Virus genome (UHGV): UHGV-0088025
Reading direction: 5' to 3' (one strand)
DNA length: 33,289 bases
Origin: a virus
Below the pieces are notes generated by a model. That model was given only the letters and a program-made list of their open reading frames with translations. It searched no databases and was not told where the DNA came from. This document shows, piece after piece, positions 11,334 through 21,295 of the stretch; positions within the stretch are counted from its first letter, which is position 1; every line of letters starts with the position of its first letter. A program made the translations under genes and the position numbers.

Positions 11334-11865
11334 TATCCTTTTCCTGATTCACATTGATATGTGCGGCAAATTCCGGGGTTTCGGCCGGGAGTTTCCAGGT
11401 CTGCCAGTGACGCTCGTAATCATCCAGCGAATCCATGTCCACCACGGACGGCAGCGGGGTAGTGCCACTCAACAGAACGCCGTAAAGCACCACGCCGGCA
11501 TTGATACGGTTGTCGTCACAAAGATTTCTGACCTGCGTCAGTCTCATCCCGGTGGTCTGGCCAAACGTCTGACCGTTAACACCGGCAATCAGTCGCTCCA
11601 CAATCTGATAAATACCGGGCCGGTTTACCGGTTCCCCGTTCAGCAACTCCGCCACGACAAAAAATGCCCAGCGACTTTCAACTTCCCGACGCGTACGCCC
11701 CTCACCACAGCCCATCCATGCCAGAAATACCGATGGCGGGGCCAGAAAGAGACGGTGTACATCCTCGTTAGTCCATGTGCCGGTAAGGGGTTCCACCTGC
11801 CGCAGGGTTGCCCCAAACAACTCACGAACGCGCGCCAGCAGTGCGGCTTCGGTTTCTTCCAGCAT
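11317..11865 (-). CDS. Hypothetical virion protein (gp37-like)
   Basis: 182-aa ORF, one of four small genes between major head gene T and sheath L as in Mu. Confidence 0.75.
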   Translation of the reverse strand: MLEETEAALLARVRELFGATLRQVEPLTGTWTNEDVHRLFLAPPSVFLAWMGCGEGRTRREVESRWAFFVVAELLNGEPVNRPGIYQIVERLIAGVNGQTFGQTTGMRLTQVRNLCDDNRINAGVVLYGVLLSGTTPLPSVVDMDSLDDYERHWQTWKLPAETPEFAAHINVNQEKDNDAEN

Positions 11866-12290
11866 CAGATAAACCCCTTCTGTTTTCGTGAAAAAACAGG
11901 TGGATCAGACTGAATCTGCACAAGATCCTCTCCCTCCGGAGAGGCTGCCGTCCTGCTTTCCACACCCGGATCTGTTTTGCCATCACGTACCTGTTCCAGC
12001 CAGCGCACCGTGTCCCTGTAAGTTGCGGTGATCTGCTCGGTGGGTTGTGATTCATTCAGATAAAACCAGGCCACCACGCAACACTGCCGTTTCAGCAGTG
12101 AGGGGACGACGGTAAGCGGCAGAACAAAGCGCGCGGCGAGATAGCCATCAATAAAGGCCGAGGCATCTGCCAGTGCCTGTTCTGCCACGGCATCATCCGG
12201 CTGCCCGTCCGCTGTTTTAGGGCGGGTGAGAATATCCAGCCGCGTACGTGTATAGCGGGCGCACAGGTCATTTACCGTCGCGTAATTCAT
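11865..12290 (-). CDS. Hypothetical head-tail joining protein (gp36-like)
   Basis: 141-aa ORF; stop/start junction with neighbours suggests translational coupling. Confidence 0.75.
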   Translation of the reverse strand: MNYATVNDLCARYTRTRLDILTRPKTADGQPDDAVAEQALADASAFIDGYLAARFVLPLTVVPSLLKRQCCVVAWFYLNESQPTEQITATYRDTVRWLEQVRDGKTDPGVESRTAASPEGEDLVQIQSDPPVFSRKQKGFI

Positions 12291-12697
12291 GCATCCGCCT
12301 CAGCCAGCGCCGCTTTGATTTGCGCACTGCTCACCGGTTCCCCCAGCGCCGCACTGACGGCTTTCACTTTGGGTTCTCCCCCTGCGGTAAAGTGTTCCGG
12401 GTTTGCCTTATCCAGACCGGCAAGGGTCGCACGGATACGGGCGTTCAGATCGCCCACACCCAGAACGTCCAGCCCCCCAGCCTCAGCGAGCGTTTCTGCT
12501 GACGATGCAGATACCACAGACAGCACGCTGTCGGCACGAATGATCGCCAGTTGTTCTTCGGTGACTTCCACGGTGTTTTCGCCACGTGTAAAGGCGATTC
12601 CGGCGCGGCGGTAGACCGGACGAAGGCATTTAATAATCGCCGTGCAAGTGATGCGAGAAGTGTCCAGCCGTTGTGAATTAAGCGAAGTCCCTGACAT
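12287..12697 (-). CDS. Hypothetical virion protein (gp35-like)
   Basis: 136-aa ORF with GGAGGA Shine-Dalgarno ~9 nt upstream of ATG at 12695-12697. Confidence 0.7.
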   Translation of the reverse strand: MSGTSLNSQRLDTSRITCTAIIKCLRPVYRRAGIAFTRGENTVEVTEEQLAIIRADSVLSVVSASSAETLAEAGGLDVLGVGDLNARIRATLAGLDKANPEHFTAGGEPKVKAVSAALGEPVSSAQIKAALAEADA

Positions 12698-12731
12698 AAC
12701 ACATGCTCCTCCTTTTCCTTTATATCAGGTT

Positions 12732-12755
12732 AAAAGGCGGTCTGAACCGCCTTTT
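12732..12755 (-). terminator. Stem-loop downstream of major head gene T (possible partial intrinsic terminator)
   Basis: AAAAGGCGG-TCTGAA-CCGCCTTTT: 9-bp stem including GGCGG/CCGCC flanked by A/T runs, between T stop (12764) and the next start (12697). Confidence 0.5.
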
Positions 12756-12763
12756 AATGACGG

Positions 12764-13681
12764 TTACAGGTAGTCAGCGACAACCAGTTGCAGCTTGCCC
12801 TTCATCTCGTTGGAGACGGTGGTATTGCCATCCGCGAACAGTTCACGGTTAAGCAGTTGCTCTGCGGCTTTTTCCAGCCCGACCGGTACAACGATATGCG
12901 TCGGCTTCAGGCCCAGCTTCTTACCGCCATCACCTTCAAAAGAGCGCATCAGTTGCCAGCCCTTCCAGAGGTTATCCAGCGTCAGATCGCCTTTTACCGC
13001 GACAGCCATCTGCCAGAAGCCGTAACCGGCAGCACGCCGGGCGCTGGCACCAAACAGGAACTCGTTATCCATAAAAACGTGGTCGTCATCGATACGGGTA
13101 CGTGCGACCAGTTCGGGTTTGCGGCGCTCCTGGAAAATCAGCGGTTTGACTGCGCGGGAGCAGTCCAGCAGATAGAACGGCAGACCACTGAAGCTGTCCT
13201 GTTCAACGATGTTAGAGGTATTCTTTACGTCGCCCGTGCCGTCCACATTCGGATATACCGGATGCTCCTTGTCGAAGAAGTTCTGACCGTCATAGCAGTG
13301 CTGGGTAAAGCCATCTTTCAGAAGTTTAAAAATCAGCTCATCCGGCTGAACTGCCGCAGAACGCCCCATCTCCTGAAAAATCGGCGCATAAATACCCAGA
13401 TTGTCATCCTCGAAGTCATCACGGGAAATACCCACGGTGCCTTCAAACGTTTTATTGGCGATGGAGTAGCCATGCGCTTGCATTTGCTGAATGGTTCGCT
13501 TACCCACCCATTCTTTCAGGGTCGGGAATTTACCCAGCCAGCCATAGGTATTGCTGCGGGTGGAAGAGTTCACCGCCATTGCAATTCTGCTGTACTGCGA
13601 CGGGGCGTCTTCAAGACCGCCCTGAAAATCCTTACGCCAGGAGGTCATCAGGGCTTTAATGGATGCCGGGGTGACAATCAT
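12764..13681 (-). CDS. T: Major capsid protein T (gp34-like)
   Basis: 305-aa ORF, same size as Mu T; follows protease/scaffold gene I. Confidence 0.9.
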   Translation of the reverse strand: MIVTPASIKALMTSWRKDFQGGLEDAPSQYSRIAMAVNSSTRSNTYGWLGKFPTLKEWVGKRTIQQMQAHGYSIANKTFEGTVGISRDDFEDDNLGIYAPIFQEMGRSAAVQPDELIFKLLKDGFTQHCYDGQNFFDKEHPVYPNVDGTGDVKNTSNIVEQDSFSGLPFYLLDCSRAVKPLIFQERRKPELVARTRIDDDHVFMDNEFLFGASARRAAGYGFWQMAVAVKGDLTLDNLWKGWQLMRSFEGDGGKKLGLKPTHIVVPVGLEKAAEQLLNRELFADGNTTVSNEMKGKLQLVVADYL

Positions 13682-14763
13682 TTTTCTTGTTCCTGTTTCA
13701 TTTTCAGATACTCAGCCTCAGTAATGCCGAGCGCCTTCACTGCTGCCTGTTCATCAGCAGACAGCACCGCCACCGCCGGTTTTTCCTGTGACGGTTTTTT
13801 CGCTGTGGTGGTCTGCATGGCAGATAACGCAGCGATGGGCTGTTTTTCCTCAAGCTGTGCCGACAGTGCCGCCACGCCAATCTGACCGCCAAGCTGTTCC
13901 AGGTAAGTGCGTTCGCTTTTGAAAATGCGGCCTTCCTGTTCCGCCTTGTCCAGAACGGCGCTCAGGCTGGCTGCGGCGCTTTGTGCAGTCGCCTGTGCCA
14001 GTTCATCACGCAGGGCGTTGTAGCTTTCCACCGGGACGTATTTCGTCAGGTCAACGGCGGCTTTCTGTGCCTTTTCCAGTTCGGCGGATAACGACGCCAC
14101 TTTTCCGGCATCTGTTTCGAGTGCATCAAGCGCACTCAGGGCCGCACTGGCCTGTTCATCGGTGATGTCTGCATTTTCGGGGACCGTCACTCCAAGACGC
14201 GCAAGCAGCTTGCGCAGCGTTTCATTCATGGGTTTGTTCTCCTGTTGAAGGATGTCGGGAAGGTCTGCCGCCAGTGCGGTCAGCTTTTTCATGCCGGTGG
14301 CACCGGGGTCATTGGTCAGCGCAGCAAGGCGGATTTGCAGCACCGCACCGGTGGCGGTGTCATACGGAAAAACCGCAGAGAGATAACCAAATTCGCCGTC
14401 ATCGATGCGCTGCTGCGCCGCCGCCGTCCAGCGTGGGTGGATAAATAATCCTTCACCTTCACGCCACTGCATTTCATCGGCGTTAAACCAGCCAGCCGCG
14501 ACGAGTTGTTCCGGGGGTAATCCTTTGTCCTTACGTAGCTGGTTATGCTCGTAATCAATCAGTACGTCCTGGTTGAGCGCGCGAACGCCTTCAACCAGAC
14601 GCCCGGCAATCTCACCGTCGATGAACCACCCCTGACCACCTGTCACATCAAACGGGCGACCATCACGGGCACTGAAATGACCGGCAGGCAATAGCTGGCA
14701 CCAGCCGTCATCGTCAATGGACAGCGCACTCAGTGCGGCAATGCCAATCGCGTGTTTTTTCAT
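13678..14763 (-). CDS. I: Head maturation protease/scaffold protein I (scaffold Z expected from in-frame internal start)
   Basis: 361-aa ORF, same size as Mu I; Ala/Glu-rich coiled-coil-like C-terminal half typical of scaffold domain. Confidence 0.85.
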   Translation of the reverse strand: MKKHAIGIAALSALSIDDDGWCQLLPAGHFSARDGRPFDVTGGQGWFIDGEIAGRLVEGVRALNQDVLIDYEHNQLRKDKGLPPEQLVAAGWFNADEMQWREGEGLFIHPRWTAAAQQRIDDGEFGYLSAVFPYDTATGAVLQIRLAALTNDPGATGMKKLTALAADLPDILQQENKPMNETLRKLLARLGVTVPENADITDEQASAALSALDALETDAGKVASLSAELEKAQKAAVDLTKYVPVESYNALRDELAQATAQSAAASLSAVLDKAEQEGRIFKSERTYLEQLGGQIGVAALSAQLEEKQPIAALSAMQTTTAKKPSQEKPAVAVLSADEQAAVKALGITEAEYLKMKQEQEK

Positions 14764-14959
14764 GTCCTGCTGCTCATCATGGTTTGTGAGCAGTCAGTTT
14801 GCGGGAGGTGCGGGAAAATCTGGGGTTATGCTATTTGAGTACTGGAGAAAGAAAGTGGAAGGAAGATAAAACGGGATTCATACACCGTTAAATACCGGTT
14901 TAAAAATCCCGTGGCGCGTTTTAAAAAATCTGTGCAGCTGATTTTATGCCTGATTCTGT
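14764..14959 (-). promoter_or_regulatory. G-I intergenic region: expected site of late promoter P_I and the central strong gyrase site of Mu
   Basis: 196-bp non-coding gap at ~18.0-18.15 kb from the phage left end (32915 minus coordinate), matching the known location of the Mu centre gyrase site and P_I; contains dyad ACGGGATT...AATCCCGT. No ORF. Confidence 0.55.
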
Positions 14960-15430
14960 TTATTGCCTCAGAGCGGCGCTGACGCGTTTTCTGATGGCAT
15001 CAAAAATTTCCTGTTCCCCGGTCTTATCCAGCCCCATATAAGGACGCGCAGGAACGCCTGCCGGGCGGGGTGCCATATCGGGTGTACCGCCCCACTGATG
15101 AATGGCAGCATAAATTTTTGGCGAACCAATCAGGGCATAATCCTGTCCATAATCGGTGGTAATACTGCGTGCCAGATCGCCATGCAGGGTAAGAATACTG
15201 CCCGGAACAAAACCATGATCCTGACGCCATGCCTGCCACGAATCGCTCCATGCTTCCCAGCCTTTCCCTGTATCCGGATCTGCCTGCCGTTCAAATGCCT
15301 GTTCCGTGGATGACAGCAGCGCCGCAGACATCACACGGGGAATGGCGCGGTCACGTGTGACGGTTCCCAGTTCATCCAGCGCAAGCTGAATACGTCGCAC
15401 ATCCACGGCAACGTTCATATCAAGACTCAC
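14960..15430 (-). CDS. G: Virion morphogenesis protein G (gp31-like)
   Basis: 156-aa ORF, same size as Mu G, downstream of F. Confidence 0.8.
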   Translation of the reverse strand: MSLDMNVAVDVRRIQLALDELGTVTRDRAIPRVMSAALLSSTEQAFERQADPDTGKGWEAWSDSWQAWRQDHGFVPGSILTLHGDLARSITTDYGQDYALIGSPKIYAAIHQWGGTPDMAPRPAGVPARPYMGLDKTGEQEIFDAIRKRVSAALRQ

Positions 15431-16746
15431 TTATTCACCTCCACATGCCCCTCCAGTACGTCAATCATCCCGTCAGCAATCGCGGCTTCAAGCGACTGTG
15501 CAGATACGCGGCTGATACTGACCAGCACATCCGCCCGGTCATTCTGTTTGCTGACAGCCTGCGATGTTCTGACCACAACTTTTGCAGTGCCGTCGCGGGT
15601 TGCCACAACATACAGCAACTGGTGGTTCTCCCTGTCCCACAATACCGCCTGTGGTTTTGCCATCAGCGACGGCAGACGCTGTAAATCTTCCGGTTTCAGG
15701 GCGGCATCAGCAGTGGTCGCCAGACTTTTCCCGTTCATCACAAGCAGACGGGCTGGCATATTCCCGGTGCGCTGATGTACGGCTTCAGCCACGGATCCCG
15801 TCATAAAACCCAGCGCCCGGATTTCATGACCGGTCTGACGTGATCCTGCCAGGCGTTTAAGCCAGAGGGAAAAAGCAAGCTGACGCTCCCGGCTGTTATT
15901 CAGCGTCTGCACAACCTGCTCACGCAGCTGCGCGTCGTGAATTTCCACCAGTTTTCGAATCAGTGCCTGATCCGTACCAAATGCTGCCGAACCGGGGTTA
16001 TATGACCAGCCCACATCCGGCGTCATTTTTACCTGACCGTTGTCAAACGTGGTTGACGATGTGCGGAAAATCTCGCCGGTGCTTTCATCCGTACCGGCAT
16101 CCACTTCGCGGGTATTCATGAATGACGCACCATAACTGACCTGTAGCCCCAGTTCTTTCATGCGGGCCGCAGACAGCGCCCGGACGCGACAGCGGCAGCG
16201 CCAGCCGTTCGGCGGGTAATGCGTCTGCCAGAAAATGTCGTCATACCGGAAAACCACATTGTGCAGCCGCGCATGTTCCGGGCGCGTTCTGCTGTCCATA
16301 ACGGCGACATACTGCCAGTACGGATACAGGTCCGCCGTGTTCATCATCTGCGCATAACGTCCCGCCGCATATGCTGTACGGGTGTTGACGTCATAAATGG
16401 TTGCCAGACGACGCGGACTGCCCAGCTCAATTTTCTTCGCGTTTCCGTCTGTATCCACGATGATTTGTTTTCCCCACCATCCGAGTTTTTGCAGCCGGGG
16501 GGCCAGTGTGCGGGTAAATTCCTCACGGGTGATACCTTCACTGACAGCCCGCTCCACTTCCTCACGGATTGTGGTCAGTACATCCATCCGGGTGGCTTTG
16601 GCAACGGTAAAGGCGCGGGCGTGCGCGTCTGCCAGTTGTTCGTACCAGTTCCAGGTGATGTTGTAGCCTTTGGCGCGGAAATACGCGACAGCCTCCTTTG
16701 GCGGGAGGCGTGCGGCATACGCCAGATCAATGGTCTGCTGCGGCAT
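15427..16746 (-). CDS. F: Head morphogenesis protein F (gp30-like, minor head protein)
   Basis: Track ORF 15427-16782; the start is probably the internal Met (MPQQTIDLAYAARL...) near 16746, which overlaps the portal stop. Confidence 0.85.
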   Translation of the reverse strand: MPQQTIDLAYAARLPPKEAVAYFRAKGYNITWNWYEQLADAHARAFTVAKATRMDVLTTIREEVERAVSEGITREEFTRTLAPRLQKLGWWGKQIIVDTDGNAKKIELGSPRRLATIYDVNTRTAYAAGRYAQMMNTADLYPYWQYVAVMDSRTRPEHARLHNVVFRYDDIFWQTHYPPNGWRCRCRVRALSAARMKELGLQVSYGASFMNTREVDAGTDESTGEIFRTSSTTFDNGQVKMTPDVGWSYNPGSAAFGTDQALIRKLVEIHDAQLREQVVQTLNNSRERQLAFSLWLKRLAGSRQTGHEIRALGFMTGSVAEAVHQRTGNMPARLLVMNGKSLATTADAALKPEDLQRLPSLMAKPQAVLWDRENHQLLYVVATRDGTAKVVVRTSQAVSKQNDRADVLVSISRVSAQSLEAAIADGMIDVLEGHVEVNK

Positions 16747-18265
16747 CCAGACGCCCCCATATATCGGCAACAAAAATGGCACGGGTCAGCATGTCGATAA
16801 GTTCTGCATCATCCATCTGCGGATATAATGAAGCGGCTTTGTTCATGGCGGCTTCCGGGCCATCTTTCAGCACAGAAAAAATGACGGGTTTCAGCAGGGG
16901 ATCAACCGAACGCTGCCAGTCTTCCGGTGACACGCCCATCCGGTCGATATCATCCTCCTGCGGGATATCTTCAGCGGATAATGCGGCTTCTTTCTGCGGA
17001 CCGTTATCCGGGACAACCGGTTGAGCAGTAAACACGGCTTCGTCACCGACCGGCTGTGGAATATGGAGTTTTTCCTGTATCCAGGAGACCGGAATACGCA
17101 TTCCCGCCGCCAGTTTCGGAATGGCGTCAGACAGTGCCGTAATATCACCCGCTTCACTGGTATCAAACACAATGCCCGGCAGGCGGTTAATATCAATGGT
17201 GCTGTCACTGTTCAGTGCCAGCAGGGGATAAATCAGGTCACGGTTAATACTGCGGGCAAGCTGGCCCACATCCGCGTTACGGATTTCCCGGCGAACCTCA
17301 TCATGCACTTCACCCAGCGACCGTGCACCTTTATCGCCGGCCTCTGTGGTCAGGGTGCCGCCCAGAATGGCTTTTGAAATCGCTTTTTCTGCCCAGCCAA
17401 TCATCGCCATAAAGGGGTCTGACTGACCATCTGCGGCGCTCTGAAAATCCAGCGTCATCCCCATCGGAATAATGCCACCGGCACGTCGCCCGATATCCAT
17501 CACGGCCTGCATCAGCGTGGCTTTCTCACGGTTCGTGGAGCCGGTCGGATATTTACCGACGCGCATGGGGAGTCCGTAAATTTCCAGAAACTCTGCAAAA
17601 TCACGCACGGAATAGTTTTTAAAAATAAAAGGCCAGATAAGCGTGCGCACAAGGCCATTGGTGCCAACGTACCCGGTGCGGGATTTGGCCCGGTGCATAA
17701 ACCAGCCGAACGGTTGCAGCTCCAGCCCGTGATAAGACGCATCACACAGGCGTAATTCGTTCAGATTGTCGGGGTTCGCACAGAACAGCGCCGGATCGCG
17801 ATGATGCAGCGCCACCGGCACGCGCATTTTGCCCAGCCATCCCCATTCAATCTCCTGCATGGAATAACCCTTGAGAATGGCATCACCGGCATCAAACAGG
17901 GCATCTTCAAACCACGCCGCATCATGCAGATATTCATTCAGCATGTCGGCGTCTTTTTTCTCCTGTGCGCTGGCATCACGTGCCGGAGCGATGCGCCATT
18001 CCAGCGCCTGAATGGCAAGCCGGCGTTTGCTCAGTTCGGAAAAAAGGTGGGTGTCCTTTTCTTCCATATCAAAGGCCAGGTCAGCCTGTGCGGTCAGATC
18101 ACCGCGTTCGGCATCACGCAGCATCTGCGCGGCCCGGTTCGGCGTCACACCACTGGAAGGATGCTCCTGCGTACGCTTCATGACCATTGCCAGCTCATCG
18201 CTGCGGGTCTGCATTTCATCGTCAAAATCAAACGGCTGCCCGGAAATATCCAGAATACGGCCCAT
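16727..18265 (-). CDS. H: Portal protein H (gp29-like)
   Basis: 512-aa ORF directly downstream of large terminase; size and position match Mu portal. Confidence 0.9.
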   Translation of the reverse strand: MGRILDISGQPFDFDDEMQTRSDELAMVMKRTQEHPSSGVTPNRAAQMLRDAERGDLTAQADLAFDMEEKDTHLFSELSKRRLAIQALEWRIAPARDASAQEKKDADMLNEYLHDAAWFEDALFDAGDAILKGYSMQEIEWGWLGKMRVPVALHHRDPALFCANPDNLNELRLCDASYHGLELQPFGWFMHRAKSRTGYVGTNGLVRTLIWPFIFKNYSVRDFAEFLEIYGLPMRVGKYPTGSTNREKATLMQAVMDIGRRAGGIIPMGMTLDFQSAADGQSDPFMAMIGWAEKAISKAILGGTLTTEAGDKGARSLGEVHDEVRREIRNADVGQLARSINRDLIYPLLALNSDSTIDINRLPGIVFDTSEAGDITALSDAIPKLAAGMRIPVSWIQEKLHIPQPVGDEAVFTAQPVVPDNGPQKEAALSAEDIPQEDDIDRMGVSPEDWQRSVDPLLKPVIFSVLKDGPEAAMNKAASLYPQMDDAELIDMLTRAIFVADIWGRLDAAADH

Positions 18266-19920
18266 TACCAGCCCCCTCGTTCAAACTGGTGATAATCATC
18301 AAAATCATCGTTATCAACATCATCACCACGGTGGCGTGGTGGTAGCGGACGAACGCTGTCCTCGTCGATAACAAAACCATTCATATAAGACGCCCTGACA
18401 GCCATACAGAGCGCCACGGCAAAGTCGCCATGTCGTCGGCCTTTACCACCTTCATCTTTTGTGCGCCCCTTATCAATCTGCGGAATACCTTTGTCCACCT
18501 TGATGTGGAGCAGGTCATCAAGTGTGGTCTGGTGCCGGGCAATCGTGATGTTCTGCGCCTCAAACTCGCCTTTCAGTTTGGGCATCCACTCCTGATACCA
18601 GGATGCGGTCAGATTCACACAGTCGATCATCTCCGGGCCATAAATCAGACGGGCGGCTTCTGCCAGATAACCGCCGTTACCGGTGGCATCAAATGCAGCG
18701 CCGGTAAAACGGGGCAAACGGGACAGAATGAATAAAAGGATTTGTCGCTGCTGGTCATAGGTCACATTACGCAGCTCCACGCGGAAACATTCGCGTTTGC
18801 GTAAGTCAGGCGTGATGGCAAGCGGCACAAACACCGTCAGGTCGCCACGGCGTGCAAAGTCTTCGCCCAGTACGTGTTTATTGAGCGGCGACAGCGCATC
18901 GAGCAACGGGAGCAGCTCCTGTTCACACCAGTCCTGAACGATGCCGTGGCGCATTTGTGGTGTCAGCGATTCAAAATCGTCCGGGGCTTCAAAACGCAGA
19001 ACCGGGATATCCCGCGCGGGTGTCATGGCAGCTTCAATCAGCACGCGTGACAGATAAGCGCCCCCGGATTTTTTAGGAATGCAGCCGTATTCCTCGTCGG
19101 CGCTCTCTTTATTCGGCGCATTCCGGTACAGGCCATCACGCCAGGCTTTTTCCGCTTCCGGCGACCACGGCTGATTCGTGACGTAACAGATACGCCGGTA
19201 CAACCCGTCAGCGATGGCATCATCCAGCGTGATGCGGTGAACGCTGTAATCCTTGCGCCCCTCGCGCGCATCCTGAATGTACTGGTTAAACAGGTTATCG
19301 ACGCCGTTATGTGTCGATATGATGCGCACGCTGGCACCCCACATGTTTAGTGCAAAGGCCGCTTTCAGCAGTTCGTCCAGGGCTTCATGGAATGCCGCCT
19401 CATCAATCACCACGTCCCCCTGCAAACCACGCAGGTTAGACGGACGGCTTGACAGCGCCTGTATCTTAAATCCGCTGTTCGGAAAGCGGATCATGTAGGT
19501 GAGGATTTCTTCTTTTTTGTCGCTGTCCCAGAAGGTCTGCTCCCAGACGTCAGCCTTTGCCAGCTGGTTAAAGGCGCGGGCAAACAGGGCACAGGCGGCG
19601 ATGTATTCCAGCGCCATTTCCTGACGGGAACCCACATAAAAGACGTTGCGACCACCGCGACGCTTCGGCTTTGCGGCCGTCATGACATTGCGGCCCGCTT
19701 CAGCCCATGTCAGACCGGTACGACGGGATTTTTCAGCGATGCAAATCTGGCTTTCATCCTCAAACCAGCGGCGCTGATAGCCCAGAAAAACCGGTTCATT
19801 GCGGGGCTGTGCTTCCCCGATATCGGTCACGATATTCACGCCGAGCAGTCCGGCTTCCTCACGCAGGTTGATTTTGCGGGGCGCATGAAGGGCTTTAAGA
19901 TTGTTTTCTCTGGTGTTCAT
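18265..19920 (-). CDS. Terminase large subunit (gp28-like)
   Basis: Track ORF runs to 20112, but the ATG at 19918-19920 (MNTRENNLKALHAPRK...) has GAGAGGG 4 nt upstream and abuts the stop of the preceding gene; 551 aa. Confidence 0.9.
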   Translation of the reverse strand: MNTRENNLKALHAPRKINLREEAGLLGVNIVTDIGEAQPRNEPVFLGYQRRWFEDESQICIAEKSRRTGLTWAEAGRNVMTAAKPKRRGGRNVFYVGSRQEMALEYIAACALFARAFNQLAKADVWEQTFWDSDKKEEILTYMIRFPNSGFKIQALSSRPSNLRGLQGDVVIDEAAFHEALDELLKAAFALNMWGASVRIISTHNGVDNLFNQYIQDAREGRKDYSVHRITLDDAIADGLYRRICYVTNQPWSPEAEKAWRDGLYRNAPNKESADEEYGCIPKKSGGAYLSRVLIEAAMTPARDIPVLRFEAPDDFESLTPQMRHGIVQDWCEQELLPLLDALSPLNKHVLGEDFARRGDLTVFVPLAITPDLRKRECFRVELRNVTYDQQRQILLFILSRLPRFTGAAFDATGNGGYLAEAARLIYGPEMIDCVNLTASWYQEWMPKLKGEFEAQNITIARHQTTLDDLLHIKVDKGIPQIDKGRTKDEGGKGRRHGDFAVALCMAVRASYMNGFVIDEDSVRPLPPRHRGDDVDNDDFDDYHQFERGGW

Positions 19921-19927
19921 AACCCTC

Positions 19928-20518
19928 TCATGCCTTACCCAGCAGCACATCACGGATACGCTGCTCCAGCTCTTCGCTGATGCCATCCTGCCCGCGCAGT
20001 TCTTCACTGACGGCGTTTGCCGCTTCTTCTGCGAATGCCTGGCGGATTTCTTTCTCGCGCCGGTGGCTGGACATTGCCGTGGATTCCAGACGCTGTGCCG
20101 CCAGCATGGCATTTTTCAGCAGGTCAATATCCACGTCAGATTCCGGGTTTTCGATTTGCCGCATCATGGCCTTAAAAAGCTGGCTGCGGGCCATTTCCAG
20201 AATCAGCTTTGTGGTTTCTCCCATTGGCTTGTCGCCAAGTTCTGCGGTCAGTGCTGACGTCATTTCACGCATCTGTCGCAGGTTATGGCCTACCTGCTCG
20301 ACGTTCGTCGCGTAACGGTTCAGACCGGAACGGGAGAGTTTCATCTCATCCGGCAGGCCTGCGTCTTCAATCAGTGCGTTAATTTCTTCCAGAATGCGGG
20401 CCTGTGGGATCGCTTTATCACGCAGCATTTCATGCAGCGTTTTACGTACGTTTTCCGGCAGTAAATCCACTTTTGAAGCCCGGCCCCGTGTTTTCCTGTC
20501 CATCACGCCTCCTGTCAT
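19928..20518 (-). CDS. gp27-like protein, possible terminase small subunit/DNA-packaging partner
   Basis: 196-aa ORF immediately upstream of large terminase; charged, helical-looking. Confidence 0.75.
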   Translation of the reverse strand: MTGGVMDRKTRGRASKVDLLPENVRKTLHEMLRDKAIPQARILEEINALIEDAGLPDEMKLSRSGLNRYATNVEQVGHNLRQMREMTSALTAELGDKPMGETTKLILEMARSQLFKAMMRQIENPESDVDIDLLKNAMLAAQRLESTAMSSHRREKEIRQAFAEEAANAVSEELRGQDGISEELEQRIRDVLLGKA

Positions 20519-20805
20519 GCACGGGGACGAGGACGCTTGACACCGGCAACGCGGGCACGACCTTCTGCCACATCCTGACCCCGGGAAGTCAGCGTTACGA
20601 CATAAAAGCCGCGCAGGTTTTCCACGGTGACCAGTTGCTGCTCTGCCAGCCAGTCAATCTGGCCGCGAACCACATCGCGGGAAACGTTGTGTCCGTATGC
20701 ATCCAGACAGTCCTGAAGGATGGATTCGTTGGCTTCGTTATTGCAGTCCATCAGGGAACGCAGGATGACCAGACGACGGTCTTCGGTCAGAATATCGTTA
20801 ATCAT
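20515..20805 (-). CDS. gp26-like small protein (putative DNA-binding)
   Basis: 96-aa ORF, 4-nt overlap with downstream gene. Confidence 0.7.
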   Translation of the reverse strand: MINDILTEDRRLVILRSLMDCNNEANESILQDCLDAYGHNVSRDVVRGQIDWLAEQQLVTVENLRGFYVVTLTSRGQDVAEGRARVAGVKRPRPRA

Positions 20806-21101
20806 GAATTACTCCGGTTTACTGCGTTTTCAAGCAGCAGCTCCAGTTGATGGGAAAATGACTGCACCCGCTGGGACAGCACCCGGATATCACCGGACAG
20901 CTCTGCAATTCGCAGGCGCATTTCGTGTACATCTTCTGTGCCGGGGATGCTGGCGTAGCGGGTTTCCATTTCGGTCATCCGGTTTTCAAGACGCTCCACA
21001 CGCTCGGTGCTGGCAAAACTACGACGCATCGCCCAGACGGCCCCACCGGCCACAACAGGCAACAGGTAAGGCCATAACGCTAAAACTGAAATCAAATCCA
21101 T
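20802..21101 (-). CDS. gp25-like membrane-anchored protein of the lysis region
   Basis: Start moved to ATG 21099-21101 (GGAG upstream; overlaps gp24 stop as ATGA). N-terminal hydrophobic segment MDLISVLALWPYLLPVVAGGAVWA, then coiled-coil-like region. Confidence 0.7.
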   Translation of the reverse strand: MDLISVLALWPYLLPVVAGGAVWAMRRSFASTERVERLENRMTEMETRYASIPGTEDVHEMRLRIAELSGDIRVLSQRVQSFSHQLELLLENAVNRSNS

Positions 21102-21295
21102 TATTCTGCTCCACGGCACCAGTGGCAGTAGTTCGCCATCGGCTGCTGTCTCAGCACATCAGGCCGCAGCTCACGACCGCAACCGGCACACAATACAGGC
21201 GGGTCATACGCCGCCGGGCGGGGAATATCACGGGTATCCCCCTGCCAGAGTTCAGCGAGCAGCAGCGCCAGCGCCCGGTTCTGGTCTTCGTTCAT
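21101..21295 (-). CDS. gp24-like small protein with two CxxC motifs
   Basis: 64-aa ORF, AAGGAAAG 7 nt upstream of ATG 21293-21295; CAGCG...CHWC suggests zinc ribbon. Confidence 0.65.
   Translation of the reverse strand: MNEDQNRALALLLAELWQGDTRDIPRPAAYDPPVLCAGCGRELRPDVLRQQPMANYCHWCRGAE

Noticed and set aside
11143-11913. 256-aa + strand ORF across the gp38/gp37 region
   Set aside because: Antisense to two coupled - strand genes; its N-terminus is just the mirror of the 33-bp tandem repeat.
12788-13885. 365-aa + strand ORF antisense to major capsid gene T and protease I
   Set aside because: Lies entirely opposite two confidently identified, size-matched structural genes; its product is low-complexity and Cys/Ala-rich. 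Long antisense ORFs are common in GC-rich coding DNA.
14764-14959. Possible anti-CRISPR/aca insertion between G and I, as in Pseudomonas Mu-like phages
   Set aside because: No ORF of any plausible size with a start and ribosome-binding site in either orientation; the gap matches the expected gyrase site/P_I region.
18265-20112. 615-aa version of the large terminase ORF
   Set aside because: The upstream 64 codons overlap the preceding gene in another frame and look non-protein-like; the internal ATG at 19918-19920 with a ribosome-binding site is the likely start.
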